64,000 bases of DNA, taken from sequence record OK254198.1, one strand, 5' to 3'. A model generated the notes under the pieces. The model made no database searches. It was not told the DNA's origin and saw nothing but the letters and a program-made list of their open reading frames with translations. A program made the translations under genes and the position numbers. How positions within the stretch are numbered: the stretch's first letter is position 1; every line of letters starts with the position of its first letter. This document shows positions 9,881-19,040 of this stretch, one piece after another. This DNA is from Escherichia phage PSD2001.

Positions 9881-11941
9881 CTACGAAAGGAATTTAGGAG
9901 GAATAGCTTCCAAATTAATACAACTAGCAAGAATACCAAGACCTTGATTGACTTTCTTCGTTACCCCAGAGGATGCAAACGATGCAAAGTCAACAGATTC
10001 TGCTGGCTCTTCTGGTTCCTTGCCCTGATAAACGACAAGCTCACCAGTTTCCATCAACACATCACCATCATAGATAACTGCATTTTCATCCAGTTGGTCC
10101 GTAGTCTGGATATCAGCTTCCAGCATTTTGACGTTCGCGTTTCCTTGATACGAAGCATCAGTAATTTTGGTAATCTTAACTACAGTCCCACGAGGAAGAA
10201 TAACTTCCTGCTCGGATGGGTTGCTTGACAATTCCCCAGGAACAATTACGTTAATTAAGTCCGCCCCAGAAATTTTCCAACCAACATGCATCATTACGTG
10301 GTCGCGGCGTGCAGCCGGCATATCTGGTAAAACAATTTCGTCATCAGCCTGGAAAGATGTCCCATCACGATAGTCCTGATGAACTGCAGCCATAGCAACG
10401 TTCGCCACCCAGCCACCAAAGATAATCGGTTTAAACGACGTTGATACATAGTTCCTGAAATAAAATAATTTAGATTTCTTAATTTTATCAAATGTAGGAA
10501 CGTTTAAATATTGACCACGCCAAAGAGTTGTATTAGGCGGCAACTTATGTCCAATTTCAAAGGCCGAATCCAATTCCTTAATTGTTTCGACAACTCTGTC
10601 TAGATTTAGGAATTCAGCTTCTTCTTCATAATATTTACCCATCAAATAATTATTAATATCGGCATAGTTTGCTCCACAATAATCTGCAATTGCTTCTCGC
10701 TGGCCATAATGGAAACGGTTGTCAGTATACCCTGCTGTGAAATTAAGAGTATTTTCTGATGCTTCTTCGGCAAAGTCTTTAACTGCAACACGAATGGCGC
10801 TCGTGTATTCTTTTTCCCAGAGCGAGGCTGCATAAGTAGCTGCATCCAGGTTAGGAGGAGCATCATTCATTTTTCTTTCGATAAATGCAGCTTTGCGAAG
10901 GTTAAGAATCTCGGCACATGATTCGGCAAAAATCTGCATCTGCTTCATACTACCAACCGGAGCACGTTTAAGTTCACGATGCATACGGTTAAAAATTGGG
11001 TCAGAGTCTTCAACACGAATTTCTTCTTTCCAAACACCATTTGCTCGCATAGCCGTATCTGCTGCACGCATACGAGCCATAGTATTCGTTTCGGAAGGTC
11101 GAACAAAAATTTCCAGTTCTTCATAATCATCGATAAGTTCTGCCGTAGCCGGTCGACTAAACTTAGCAGCTTCTGCATCAATTTCGTCCCAGCCATCGGG
11201 CACGGAATCACTTGGAGCGTACTGGGCTTGTGCAATAGCTCGGCGACTGATTTTAGTTTTCTGGGCAACAGCAGCATCGGTCTTTTTGTTTGCTGCATCA
11301 ATCAGAACTTCGGCTGCGATTTCTTGTTTGGAGACTTGTGCGCCTGTATCTTTATTAGTGAATACATCGCCGACTTTAGTTTCAACTTTTTGATATTTCT
11401 CAGGGACCGGTGGCATACCATCAACCGAAAGCAGGTCAACACCCTTTTTGTACATAATTACATAAGCGTTCTTTTTACCGAGGCCAGAAGCATTCGGAAG
11501 AACATGATAACGCCCGCTGGTTTTCATTTGAATCAGTCGATTCATAATACGAATAACAGCTTGGTCTTGTCCTTTCATCTTTTTGGATGGGAAACGGAAC
11601 AAGACTACATCAGGTTTACCTAGTTTAATGCTTTCCCAGACTGTAACAAAAATCAGGTTAATTGCATCAAGAGGTTTTTCACCTAGACCACCCTTCAGAG
11701 GAACAGCATGGCCATGTGAAGTCCCGGAGAGCAGGAATACCTCGGCAATTGCATCACCACGTTTATATTGTTTAACTGTTTCTTTGCCCGTAAATTGCAT
11801 CAAACGAGCCATAAGAGAATTGGTCCCAGGAACACCGAATTGCCAAACCTGTGGGACCTTGTATTTTGGATTCATATTAATGACAGGATAACCGAAGGCT
11901 TCGATATATTTGTCAAAGAGTTCATTTAATTGTTCAGACAT
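9881..11941 (-). CDS. alt: Alt-type ADP-ribosyltransferase
   Basis: 686 aa (T4 Alt 682); C-terminal R-S-E core: LWRGQ, YVSTSF, SEQEVILPRGT; ATG confirmed. Confidence 0.85.
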   Translation of the reverse strand: MSEQLNELFDKYIEAFGYPVINMNPKYKVPQVWQFGVPGTNSLMARLMQFTGKETVKQYKRGDAIAEVFLLSGTSHGHAVPLKGGLGEKPLDAINLIFVTVWESIKLGKPDVVLFRFPSKKMKGQDQAVIRIMNRLIQMKTSGRYHVLPNASGLGKKNAYVIMYKKGVDLLSVDGMPPVPEKYQKVETKVGDVFTNKDTGAQVSKQEIAAEVLIDAANKKTDAAVAQKTKISRRAIAQAQYAPSDSVPDGWDEIDAEAAKFSRPATAELIDDYEELEIFVRPSETNTMARMRAADTAMRANGVWKEEIRVEDSDPIFNRMHRELKRAPVGSMKQMQIFAESCAEILNLRKAAFIERKMNDAPPNLDAATYAASLWEKEYTSAIRVAVKDFAEEASENTLNFTAGYTDNRFHYGQREAIADYCGANYADINNYLMGKYYEEEAEFLNLDRVVETIKELDSAFEIGHKLPPNTTLWRGQYLNVPTFDKIKKSKLFYFRNYVSTSFKPIIFGGWVANVAMAAVHQDYRDGTSFQADDEIVLPDMPAARRDHVMMHVGWKISGADLINVIVPGELSSNPSEQEVILPRGTVVKITKITDASYQGNANVKMLEADIQTTDQLDENAVIYDGDVLMETGELVVYQGKEPEEPAESVDFASFASSGVTKKVNQGLGILASCINLEAIPPKFLS

Positions 11942-11950
11942 TTTTAACCC

Positions 11951-13825
11951 TTAATTGAGAAGGTGTACAAGTTTTTCCATAGACAAATCATAAGAGATTC
12001 TGTCATATTTTTTCAAAAGCGAATTTGATTCGTCTATCTGGTCATTTTCTAAGATAGAGCATTCAACGAGAATGTATTTACCCATCGAACCCATCATGCC
12101 AGCTGTAGCACCATAGACTTTATCAATCTTAAGCATTGTTCCACGTGGAAGAATAACTTCGGTTTCAACGGACCAGTTTGCCAGGTCACCAGGAATAACT
12201 ACCTTGATATTTTCTGCACCTTTGATAATCATACCAATCTTGATTGTAGGTTTCGCCGAACCAGTTGCACTTTTAATAGTTGCATCGATTGCCCCATCAT
12301 CGATATCACTCGATAATGCATTTGGGTCAAGGTTCGCAGCGGTGTGGCCCATACGACCGAAAATATTTGGCGCCAGAGATGTACTCGCAAACATAGGAAG
12401 ATACATCGTTTTATTTTTGATGGAATTAATTGCCATATCGGTTGGCATGACTTGAGCACGGTAGATGATAGTTCCTTTTGGAAGCTTAACACCGTTTTCA
12501 AATACTTTATCCATATCGGAAATCATTTTGATTTCGCTTTCTTTTGCGTCAGCTTTCCCTAGCAGGAAATTATTGATTGCAGTATATTTTCCGCGAGTAT
12601 ACGCCTTAATTGCTTCGGCCTGGTCTTCAGTTATTTCAGGGTTGTCGGAGATATGAAATAATGGTTGGATGGCCTTGGTGTAAATTTCATCTGCAATAAT
12701 ACGAATAGCTTCTTTAGTCTTATCTTCGCGCGCCCAGGTTCCCACAATGGAGTCGTCAAGCAACATATCAGCAACTCTACGCAATGTATCAACAGGATTC
12801 TTTGAGGCTCGCAGGACGTTCGAAAACTCACTTATTTTGTGTTCCATGCCGACTTCTTTAAGAGCATTAAGCACATCCATAGCTACACGAGTTTTTGTCT
12901 TATCTTCACCGACATCGCCTTGCGCGACTAAATCAAAATAATCTGCATATTCATCACCTGCTCGGTCGATTACTTTTATCGAAGCTTTAGCTATCTGACT
13001 TTCTCTGGCATCATCTGTTGAATGCACTGCGCTGGTAGTCGAGAGCTTCGTATAAATCTCTTTATGTTCTGGCGAGAATTTAGCAAGCCCAGTTGGTTCG
13101 TTCCCCGAATACAACGCATTAATAGCCGCGCGTTTAGAAAACTTGGTTTTAACAACAACTGCCTGGTCTGTACGTTTTTCTTCAACCTTTGCAATGGATG
13201 CTGCAATAGCTTCATTTTTGGTAACAGTTTCACCGCTGGCTTTATCCACATAAACATCACCAACTTTCGATTCCACTTTTGTGTATAGCTCAGTGTTGAT
13301 GCCTGGAATTCCGGCGATAGATTCAATCGGTTTGGATTTACGATAAATCAATACGTAAGTATGTTTACCTGTGTATTGATACATATCATCCAGGACTTTG
13401 AATTGGCCACCCGCGCGAGCCATAATAAGTCGAGCAAGAACACGCTGAATGGTTCGTTCTTGCCCCTTCATTTTACGGGTCGGGAAGCGGAACATAATTG
13501 CATCCATTTTCATCAGTTTTACTTGTTCGTAAACTACATCAAAAATGGATTTAATTGCTCCAATCGGGTTATCACCAAGACCACCTTTAAGAATAGCTGG
13601 AGTACCGTTTGAATTTAATGACATCAAAATAACGTGTGCATACTTATCGCCAGTTTTGACCTGTTTAATAGCATCGCCTTCGGATGCGTAAGACACCATA
13701 CGAGCAATAAGATTATCATTCCCCGGGACCTGGATATTCCAAATCTGTGGAACTTTTGACTTTGAAAGGTTAATGGCCGGGATATTAGATTCCCCTTCAA
13801 AAACCTCTGACAATAATTCGGTCAT
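11951..13825 (-). CDS. second Alt-type ADP-ribosyltransferase (paralog)
   Basis: 624 aa; same N-terminal KVPQIW...VPG...LIARM pattern and R-S-E core (YRAQ, FASTSL, VETEVILPRGT); ATG confirmed. Confidence 0.8.
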   Translation of the reverse strand: MTELLSEVFEGESNIPAINLSKSKVPQIWNIQVPGNDNLIARMVSYASEGDAIKQVKTGDKYAHVILMSLNSNGTPAILKGGLGDNPIGAIKSIFDVVYEQVKLMKMDAIMFRFPTRKMKGQERTIQRVLARLIMARAGGQFKVLDDMYQYTGKHTYVLIYRKSKPIESIAGIPGINTELYTKVESKVGDVYVDKASGETVTKNEAIAASIAKVEEKRTDQAVVVKTKFSKRAAINALYSGNEPTGLAKFSPEHKEIYTKLSTTSAVHSTDDARESQIAKASIKVIDRAGDEYADYFDLVAQGDVGEDKTKTRVAMDVLNALKEVGMEHKISEFSNVLRASKNPVDTLRRVADMLLDDSIVGTWAREDKTKEAIRIIADEIYTKAIQPLFHISDNPEITEDQAEAIKAYTRGKYTAINNFLLGKADAKESEIKMISDMDKVFENGVKLPKGTIIYRAQVMPTDMAINSIKNKTMYLPMFASTSLAPNIFGRMGHTAANLDPNALSSDIDDGAIDATIKSATGSAKPTIKIGMIIKGAENIKVVIPGDLANWSVETEVILPRGTMLKIDKVYGATAGMMGSMGKYILVECSILENDQIDESNSLLKKYDRISYDLSMEKLVHLLN

Positions 13826-13850
13826 ATTGTTTTCCTTATAAAATATGATG

Positions 13851-13858
13851 TATTTATA
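13851..13858 (-). promoter_or_regulatory. late promoter TATAAATA for the alt pair
   Basis: Minus-strand TATAAATA ~25 nt upstream of the ATG at 13825. Confidence 0.5.
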
Positions 13859-13860
13859 CG

Positions 13861-13890
13861 AAAAAAGGGCCGAAGCCCTTTTGTTATTTT
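13861..13890 (-). terminator. intrinsic terminator after ligase
   Basis: Hairpin GGGC-cgaa-GCCC followed by a T-run on the minus strand. Confidence 0.6.
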
Positions 13891-15425
13891 AATCCAGTCT
13901 TTGACCAGTCGCCAAATACATCTTCGAATGTGTCTGCATGGTCTTTATCGAAACGGAACCCTTTGATAATCGGCAGGAACAATGCAACCGTATTATCTTT
14001 ACGAGTCTCGGAAGTCAACCAACCATTACATTCACAGTCAGCAATCATTCCAACCAATTCACCTTTACGAGCTTTAACCATTAAGGCTTCACGGTCCATT
14101 TCATGACGCTCATCAATCGGAATAGAAACCCATTTTTTGGTTTTCTTATCTTTAACTTGAGTTGTGTCTTTAAAACCAGAACCACAGTTATTTCTAATCT
14201 TACCACAAGAAGAACGAAGCACAACACCGCCAATCTTATTCGGGTCTTTATCGTGCTCGTAATATTCAATGATTTCCATTGCAATGTCAATTACTTCTTT
14301 GAACTTATACAGGTTCTTTGAGCGCTTGTTTTCCCAAATCGATGCCATGTTCTTAAGGATAATACCTTCAAGACCTTCATCCACATATTTCTTATAGATA
14401 ACCTTCGCTTCATCGAGATTGTTAACAACATGGTTTTCAATCAGAATCATGCGGTCGAAACCATGTAGCACCACGTTATCTGCAATCATCTTTTCCAGAA
14501 CAGCAAAACGCACATCATATTTCAACGGATTGAGAATCTTAACATCAGAATAGACTTCAATCAGTGGAACATAATCCCAAACCTGGAATTTCATGCAAGA
14601 AGCTTCTGTTGCAGAAATAGTTCCTTTTAATGATTTGTTTGCCAGACCATTTGAAAAGGTTCTTGATTCTGCGAATTCCGCGAATTCTTTTGCCTTACTA
14701 AGCTCAGGCATATCGTCAAAAAGGAAGCCCAAACCGTCATTCTGGGGAGCTACTTTCTGTTCATGGTATACTAACTCGCCGTCAATCAAAACGCCCTCAG
14801 GATGTCTCTCACGCGCTTCACGGGTAGCTTCAATCAATTCCTTTTTAAGGAGGTCAAGCTTGAGGTATTCGTTGCCAGCTCGGGATAACAATCGAACATC
14901 ATCCAACTCATCGCCACGAACTTCTGCAAAACACCGAGCGCCGTCGGCTTTCAATTGCGCAAAGGCCGGGAACTTAATGTTCTTGGCAATACCGGCTTCA
15001 TCATAGGAAGAAGCGAGCATCTGTGGTTGTTCAGGAATTAAACCTTTCCAAACCTTATTCGCAATTGATACGGATGCCCCGCATTCCAGGTCACGCATCA
15101 TCACACGGCGAAGAACTTCAACATCAGCCTTTTTACCATCTGCAATATAGCCAGATAATTCCTCGATTGCAGCATTACCTGTCAATTTGCGAGAGGCCAA
15201 TGTGAATTCGATAAAGTCAAGCATATCATCGATATTCAGCATACCAAAGCTTTGTGTCGTTGCCCCAGGTTTAGGCCATTTCTTAATATAGAACTGGATG
15301 CCTTTGGAATATGTCAAACGATACACGCGTTTAAGGGTTTCATTGTCAGAATACGATTCCAGGATAGCTTGTTTCTCTTTAGTGGAATCGGTTGCAGCAA
15401 TTTCATTTAAAATATCTAAAATCAT
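13884..15425 (-). CDS. 30: ATP-dependent DNA ligase gp30
   Basis: KADGARC adenylation motif; strong similarity to remembered T4 ligase; track start is GTG, trimmed to ATG MILDILNEIA. Confidence 0.9.
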   Translation of the reverse strand: MILDILNEIAATDSTKEKQAILESYSDNETLKRVYRLTYSKGIQFYIKKWPKPGATTQSFGMLNIDDMLDFIEFTLASRKLTGNAAIEELSGYIADGKKADVEVLRRVMMRDLECGASVSIANKVWKGLIPEQPQMLASSYDEAGIAKNIKFPAFAQLKADGARCFAEVRGDELDDVRLLSRAGNEYLKLDLLKKELIEATREARERHPEGVLIDGELVYHEQKVAPQNDGLGFLFDDMPELSKAKEFAEFAESRTFSNGLANKSLKGTISATEASCMKFQVWDYVPLIEVYSDVKILNPLKYDVRFAVLEKMIADNVVLHGFDRMILIENHVVNNLDEAKVIYKKYVDEGLEGIILKNMASIWENKRSKNLYKFKEVIDIAMEIIEYYEHDKDPNKIGGVVLRSSCGKIRNNCGSGFKDTTQVKDKKTKKWVSIPIDERHEMDREALMVKARKGELVGMIADCECNGWLTSETRKDNTVALFLPIIKGFRFDKDHADTFEDVFGDWSKTGLK

Positions 15426-15434
15426 AATCACCTC

Positions 15435-15716
15435 TTAGTCGTTGGCTCTATTATATGCCACATCTTCCAAAAGCAAATCCAGGCGTTTGTGATAAGTGAA
15501 CACAAATTTAGTCGCTCCATCTGGTTTCATTTTAGTCATGAAGTGAACATAGATAAATCCTTGCTCAACACATTCACGCCAAACCGGATGGTCTTTGGCC
15601 GGATTAATATCAAACGAGTAATCATGATTCACATGACGAATAAACTGATTAACATGGCCATAATCCATGGTAGTAGTAGGACCGTAATCAGAAATAGTAT
15701 GAACGACAAACATCAA
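15435..15716 (-). CDS. hypothetical protein (30.1 position)
   Basis: 93 aa track ORF, synteny only. Confidence 0.5.
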   Translation of the reverse strand: MMFVVHTISDYGPTTTMDYGHVNQFIRHVNHDYSFDINPAKDHPVWRECVEQGFIYVHFMTKMKPDGATKFVFTYHKRLDLLLEDVAYNRAND

Positions 15717-16528
15717 TTACCCCCTTGGCCGCCAGTCGGTTGATTGTACCAATATTCAATGCCAGTACCTACGCGTGGACCATATTGATATGGATACGCT
15801 GGATTATATCCAGGAGTCCATGGTTGTCCAGGGCGCCAGCCTTGTTGCAGAAGACGACGAGTTTCACGAAACAGCTCGCCCAGTTTACGGAGTTCATCAG
15901 GGGTGTATTCTGGCTTGACCGGTTCATCTTTGTGTTTCAGTTTAAGCTGTCCAGCAACATCGTCCCAGTTAAAAACTTTGGAAGCTGTTTTAGGAATAGC
16001 ATCACGTTCACCACGAGCCATCCAATAAACCGGGACTTCAAGGATTTCACTCGCATGGTCGCAATGGTGTGCAAGGTCATCAATATAACAAACGACATTA
16101 TATTTGTCTTTTGCCTTCTGAAATAACTCTTCTTTAGAGGCTGTATGACCACACATCATCACTTCTTTAAACGCCCCAGGGAACAAAGCATTCAGGTTGA
16201 ATTGACGATTCAGGCGAGCATCAATAGAATCACCCAGGGCTGTAACAGCCACAAAATCATATTGCTCTTTGAGGTTATTAATAACCCTTAACGCATCTGT
16301 GTAAGGAGACAAATAGCGAATAAAATCTGAACAGTTATATTTTTCAATTAACTGTGCACCCAACTCTTCATCGCAATTGAACAGTTTACCAGGGGTCACA
16401 AATTTTTCATCCTGAATCATTTTAAGGATATGTTCCAGGGGTAAATTATATTTTTGGGCGAAATAAGGCAAGCCAGACTGCCATGACAAACATACGCCAT
16501 CAATATCTGTTAAAATAACGGGTTTCAT
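15713..16528 (-). CDS. HAD-superfamily phosphatase-like protein with Pro/Gly/Tyr-rich tail
   Basis: N-terminal DIDGV (HAD motif I), later YIDD; C-terminal ~45 aa low-complexity PGQPWTPGYNPAYPYQYGP...GGQGGN. Confidence 0.6.
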   Translation of the reverse strand: MKPVILTDIDGVCLSWQSGLPYFAQKYNLPLEHILKMIQDEKFVTPGKLFNCDEELGAQLIEKYNCSDFIRYLSPYTDALRVINNLKEQYDFVAVTALGDSIDARLNRQFNLNALFPGAFKEVMMCGHTASKEELFQKAKDKYNVVCYIDDLAHHCDHASEILEVPVYWMARGERDAIPKTASKVFNWDDVAGQLKLKHKDEPVKPEYTPDELRKLGELFRETRRLLQQGWRPGQPWTPGYNPAYPYQYGPRVGTGIEYWYNQPTGGQGGN

Positions 16529-16983
16529 AATGCATCTCTCAATTGGTTAAGTATGTCAATAAATTCTTGTTCAGTCAATATTGTATCATGAACAGTAAGG
16601 TGACTTGCCATCGAATGCTTTAAAACTTTGCCCTTTGTGGCTTGTAATGCGTCGCGGAATCCTTTGTTTTGGAGCGCTGCTTCAAAATATGCATTTGTAT
16701 ACAACTCTTTCCATGATGTAGAGTATCTTGAAAAGGGAATTCCAAGCCAGAAAAGCGTCCCACGGTCCGCAGCTCTTGCATAAGCTCTTCCACTTTGCTG
16801 GGCGGCCAATCCGGACATCCCAAATATACGTTTTTGTTGTTCATTATTTCTCACCTTGCACCCTTGGAGGAAGCCTTCAAGACCTCCAAACTGGATACCC
16901 TCCATAACAAAAGGCCATTTAGCAAAGTTACTTAATGCACATGACGGCCATGGGAAATTGCTTCTGATTTCTAACTCAGACAT
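16525..16983 (-). CDS. NADAR (YbiA/DUF1768)-like protein
   Basis: Track ORF 16525..17130 trimmed to MSELEIRS; ALSNFAKWPF...GLEGFLQGCK resembles the NADAR signature as I recall E. coli YbiA. Confidence 0.55.
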   Translation of the reverse strand: MSELEIRSNFPWPSCALSNFAKWPFVMEGIQFGGLEGFLQGCKVRNNEQQKRIFGMSGLAAQQSGRAYARAADRGTLFWLGIPFSRYSTSWKELYTNAYFEAALQNKGFRDALQATKGKVLKHSMASHLTVHDTILTEQEFIDILNQLRDAL

Positions 16984-17188
16984 CTTTGACACTGATAATC
17001 TTGGTTGCATACCACATGCCATGGTCTGGCAATCTTTCTTTAATTGACCGTCCGCGATATGTTTTTCGCATAACAACAGTTTTAATAGCATCTTCATCGC
17101 AAGCATATGGCGGTGATAAATCAATAACACGATAAGTCACTTCAACCATTTCCAAGCCAAACAGCTTTTTAAATAATTTCTTAATCAT
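16976..17188 (-). CDS. 70 aa protein, tandem paralog A
   Basis: MIKKLFKKLFGLEMVEVTYRVIDLSP...IISVKDV; clearly homologous to the next ORF. Confidence 0.55.
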   Translation of the reverse strand: MIKKLFKKLFGLEMVEVTYRVIDLSPPYACDEDAIKTVVMRKTYRGRSIKERLPDHGMWYATKIISVKDV

Positions 17189-17197
17189 GAAGATTCC

Positions 17198-17410
17198 TTA
17201 AATATCTTTGACGCTGATAATCTCTACATCAGCCCAATGACCATAACCAGGTAGACGGTCTTTAATAGATAATCCACCGTCAGATTTCAGCATTTTAATT
17301 GTTTTAGTATATGGTTCAATATTTCGGGCCCATGGACTCACGTCTGTTATGCGATAAGTCACTTCAACCATTTCTGTTCCCAAAATTTTCTGAATCAGTT
17401 TCTTAAACAT
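17198..17410 (-). CDS. 70 aa protein, tandem paralog B
   Basis: MFKKLIQKILGTEMVEVTYRITDVSP...IISVKDI. Confidence 0.55.
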   Translation of the reverse strand: MFKKLIQKILGTEMVEVTYRITDVSPWARNIEPYTKTIKMLKSDGGLSIKDRLPGYGHWADVEIISVKDI

Positions 17411-17411
17411 A

Positions 17412-17606
17412 TTATCCTCGCCTTAAACATTTGATTACAGACAGTTCACCGTCCATGCGAACGTCTTCAGTTCCATCAACCCACAGGACTACATAGGCTT
17501 CTTTAATTTGGTTATTACCCAATTTAAAAGCAGGTAAGACCTTAGAAATCATTCCAGGAATACCCACACCTTTTAACTGGACAGTTTGCGATAAGAATAG
17601 TTGCAT
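17412..17606 (-). CDS. hypothetical protein
   Basis: 64 aa track ORF, tightly packed in operon. Confidence 0.45.
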   Translation of the reverse strand: MQLFLSQTVQLKGVGIPGMISKVLPAFKLGNNQIKEAYVVLWVDGTEDVRMDGELSVIKCLRRG

Positions 17607-17893
17607 TAGAACCTCATCTGGAAACCGTGTGATTTAACATTACCGCCATTAATATCAGACGAATTAATTTCACGTGCTGCAATTGGTTCAATATCAATGT
17701 CGCGTCTAAGCTTGGTGATTGCCAGAGTATCACGTCCATTAACAGTCCTGAATTCAACTGGACAAACTATATCAACATAGTTCTTAATGGATTCTTTAGT
17801 TGGTTCACGCCCAGCAGGAACATTAGGGCCTTTTTTAGAGAAAACAACTTCACAGAAATTTTTGCGTGTATCAAAGTAGGTAGTCATAAACAT
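17606..17893 (-). CDS. hypothetical protein
   Basis: Track ORF trimmed to MFMTTYF with GAGGA RBS; small hairpin GGGGC-gaaa-GCCCC just upstream. Confidence 0.5.
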   Translation of the reverse strand: MFMTTYFDTRKNFCEVVFSKKGPNVPAGREPTKESIKNYVDIVCPVEFRTVNGRDTLAITKLRRDIDIEPIAAREINSSDINGGNVKSHGFQMRF

Positions 17894-17929
17894 AGTATTT
17901 TCCTCAAGGGGCTTTCGCCCCATTTAAGA

Positions 17930-18295
17930 TTAGATATCAAATTCATTAAGAACTACATCAAAGATTGCTTCCAGGTGTTCAGGTTTTGCTTTGTTGCTCA
18001 GGATGTGACGAATCCAAGTTTTAACCAGAAGCTTGCGATTAACACCATTCCAGCAAGGATGAGTCCCTAAATCACGTTCACGGAAATCATCATCTAAAGC
18101 AATTTTAAAAGTTGAACCAGTCATAGTGATTGAAAGAGTGATACCATTTTCAAATCGCATATAAACGTAGTTAGGAGTCATATATTGTTCAATTTCACAT
18201 ACTGAACCGTTTTGATGTTTCCACAAGCAAATAACTTCAGAAGAACCTGGGATGCAGTTAGAAACATATTTGCGTTCAAAGTTGATGTAGTTCAT
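17930..18295 (-). CDS. hypothetical protein
   Basis: 121 aa; preceded by the conserved CTGGAGAATAAAATG initiation region. Confidence 0.55.
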   Translation of the reverse strand: MNYINFERKYVSNCIPGSSEVICLWKHQNGSVCEIEQYMTPNYVYMRFENGITLSITMTGSTFKIALDDDFRERDLGTHPCWNGVNRKLLVKTWIRHILSNKAKPEHLEAIFDVVLNEFDI

Positions 18296-18362
18296 TTTAT
18301 TCTCCAGTGTTTGGTTTGTTGGTACAGGTCTATAATATCATAACCTGTACCAAAGTAAACTG
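18296..18362 (-). promoter_or_regulatory. early promoter / stem-loop cassette
   Basis: Conserved leader, inverted repeat GGTACAGG...CCTGTACC with an AT-rich loop, GTAAAC -35-like element. Confidence 0.4.
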
Positions 18363-18364
18363 TT

Positions 18365-18733
18365 TTATGCGACTTTAATCCAATTATCTAAATTTAATTC
18401 ACCCTTAGCTTTCATTTTTTCAATCAAATCATCAGCAGTAGTGCGACCATTTTGATACCATGTAACATCTTCAGAATAACCAGTTTCTTCATCTTCATAG
18501 GTCTTACAACGAATCTTACCAGTTATGATAGTTTTCAGTTCGTAGGTATCACCAGTAAAAAAGTTTGTTACCATAATTTTCCAGGAGAAGTCATCAGAAG
18601 GACCTTCTGGAGTCATGCAAGAAACGAATTCAAATTGTTCTTTATACAAGTGCCATTGCATTTCTTTAGTTTCAATGGCTTTGTAACCGTCGTGGTCTTT
18701 ACCTTTGATGTATGAGTTAAGATTGATTTTCAT
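18365..18733 (-). CDS. hypothetical protein
   Basis: 122 aa; same conserved initiation region CTGGAGAATAAAATG. Confidence 0.55.
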   Translation of the reverse strand: MKINLNSYIKGKDHDGYKAIETKEMQWHLYKEQFEFVSCMTPEGPSDDFSWKIMVTNFFTGDTYELKTIITGKIRCKTYEDEETGYSEDVTWYQNGRTTADDLIEKMKAKGELNLDNWIKVA

Positions 18734-18806
18734 TTTATTCTCCAGTGTTTTATTGTGTAACTCAGTATGGAATCATTATGCACTGGACCAACCCTGTTGT
18801 AAACCC
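18734..18806 (-). promoter_or_regulatory. early promoter cassette with conserved leader
   Basis: Minus strand reads TTTACAA, 16 nt, CATAATG, then ATTCCATACTGAGTTAC leader and GGAG. Confidence 0.45.
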
Positions 18807-18814
18807 CTTTATGG

Positions 18815-18842
18815 AAAATAAAAAGGGACTCCGAAGAGTCCC
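18815..18842 (-). terminator. intrinsic terminator
   Basis: Hairpin GGGACTC-cgaa-GAGTCCC followed by a T-run on the minus strand. Confidence 0.65.
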
Positions 18843-18847
18843 TGAAC

Positions 18848-19009
18848 TTATGCTTTCGGCTTACCAAAGCAAGCTGCATCGGCACGCAATACCGCACGAG
18901 CACGAGCCTGAAGTTTATCAGTTACCTGATTGATTCGCTTGTTGGACGCACGCTTGTAACCAGCGCGTTTGGAGGAGCCATCAACAACTTTAACTTCTTT
19001 CTTAGCCAT
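18848..19009 (-). CDS. small basic protein (~53 aa)
   Basis: Hand-translated MAKKEVKVVDGSSKRAGYKRASNKRINQ...; followed by a terminator; below track size cut-off. Confidence 0.35.
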   Translation of the reverse strand: MAKKEVKVVDGSSKRAGYKRASNKRINQVTDKLQARARAVLRADAACFGKPKA

Positions 19010-19040
19010 ATTAAATTCTCTTTAAAATAGAATGCAGGAC

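Noticed and set aside
10979-11623. 214 aa plus-strand ORF
   Set aside because: Antisense to the alt coding region; Cys/Phe-rich low-complexity translation typical of a non-coding frame
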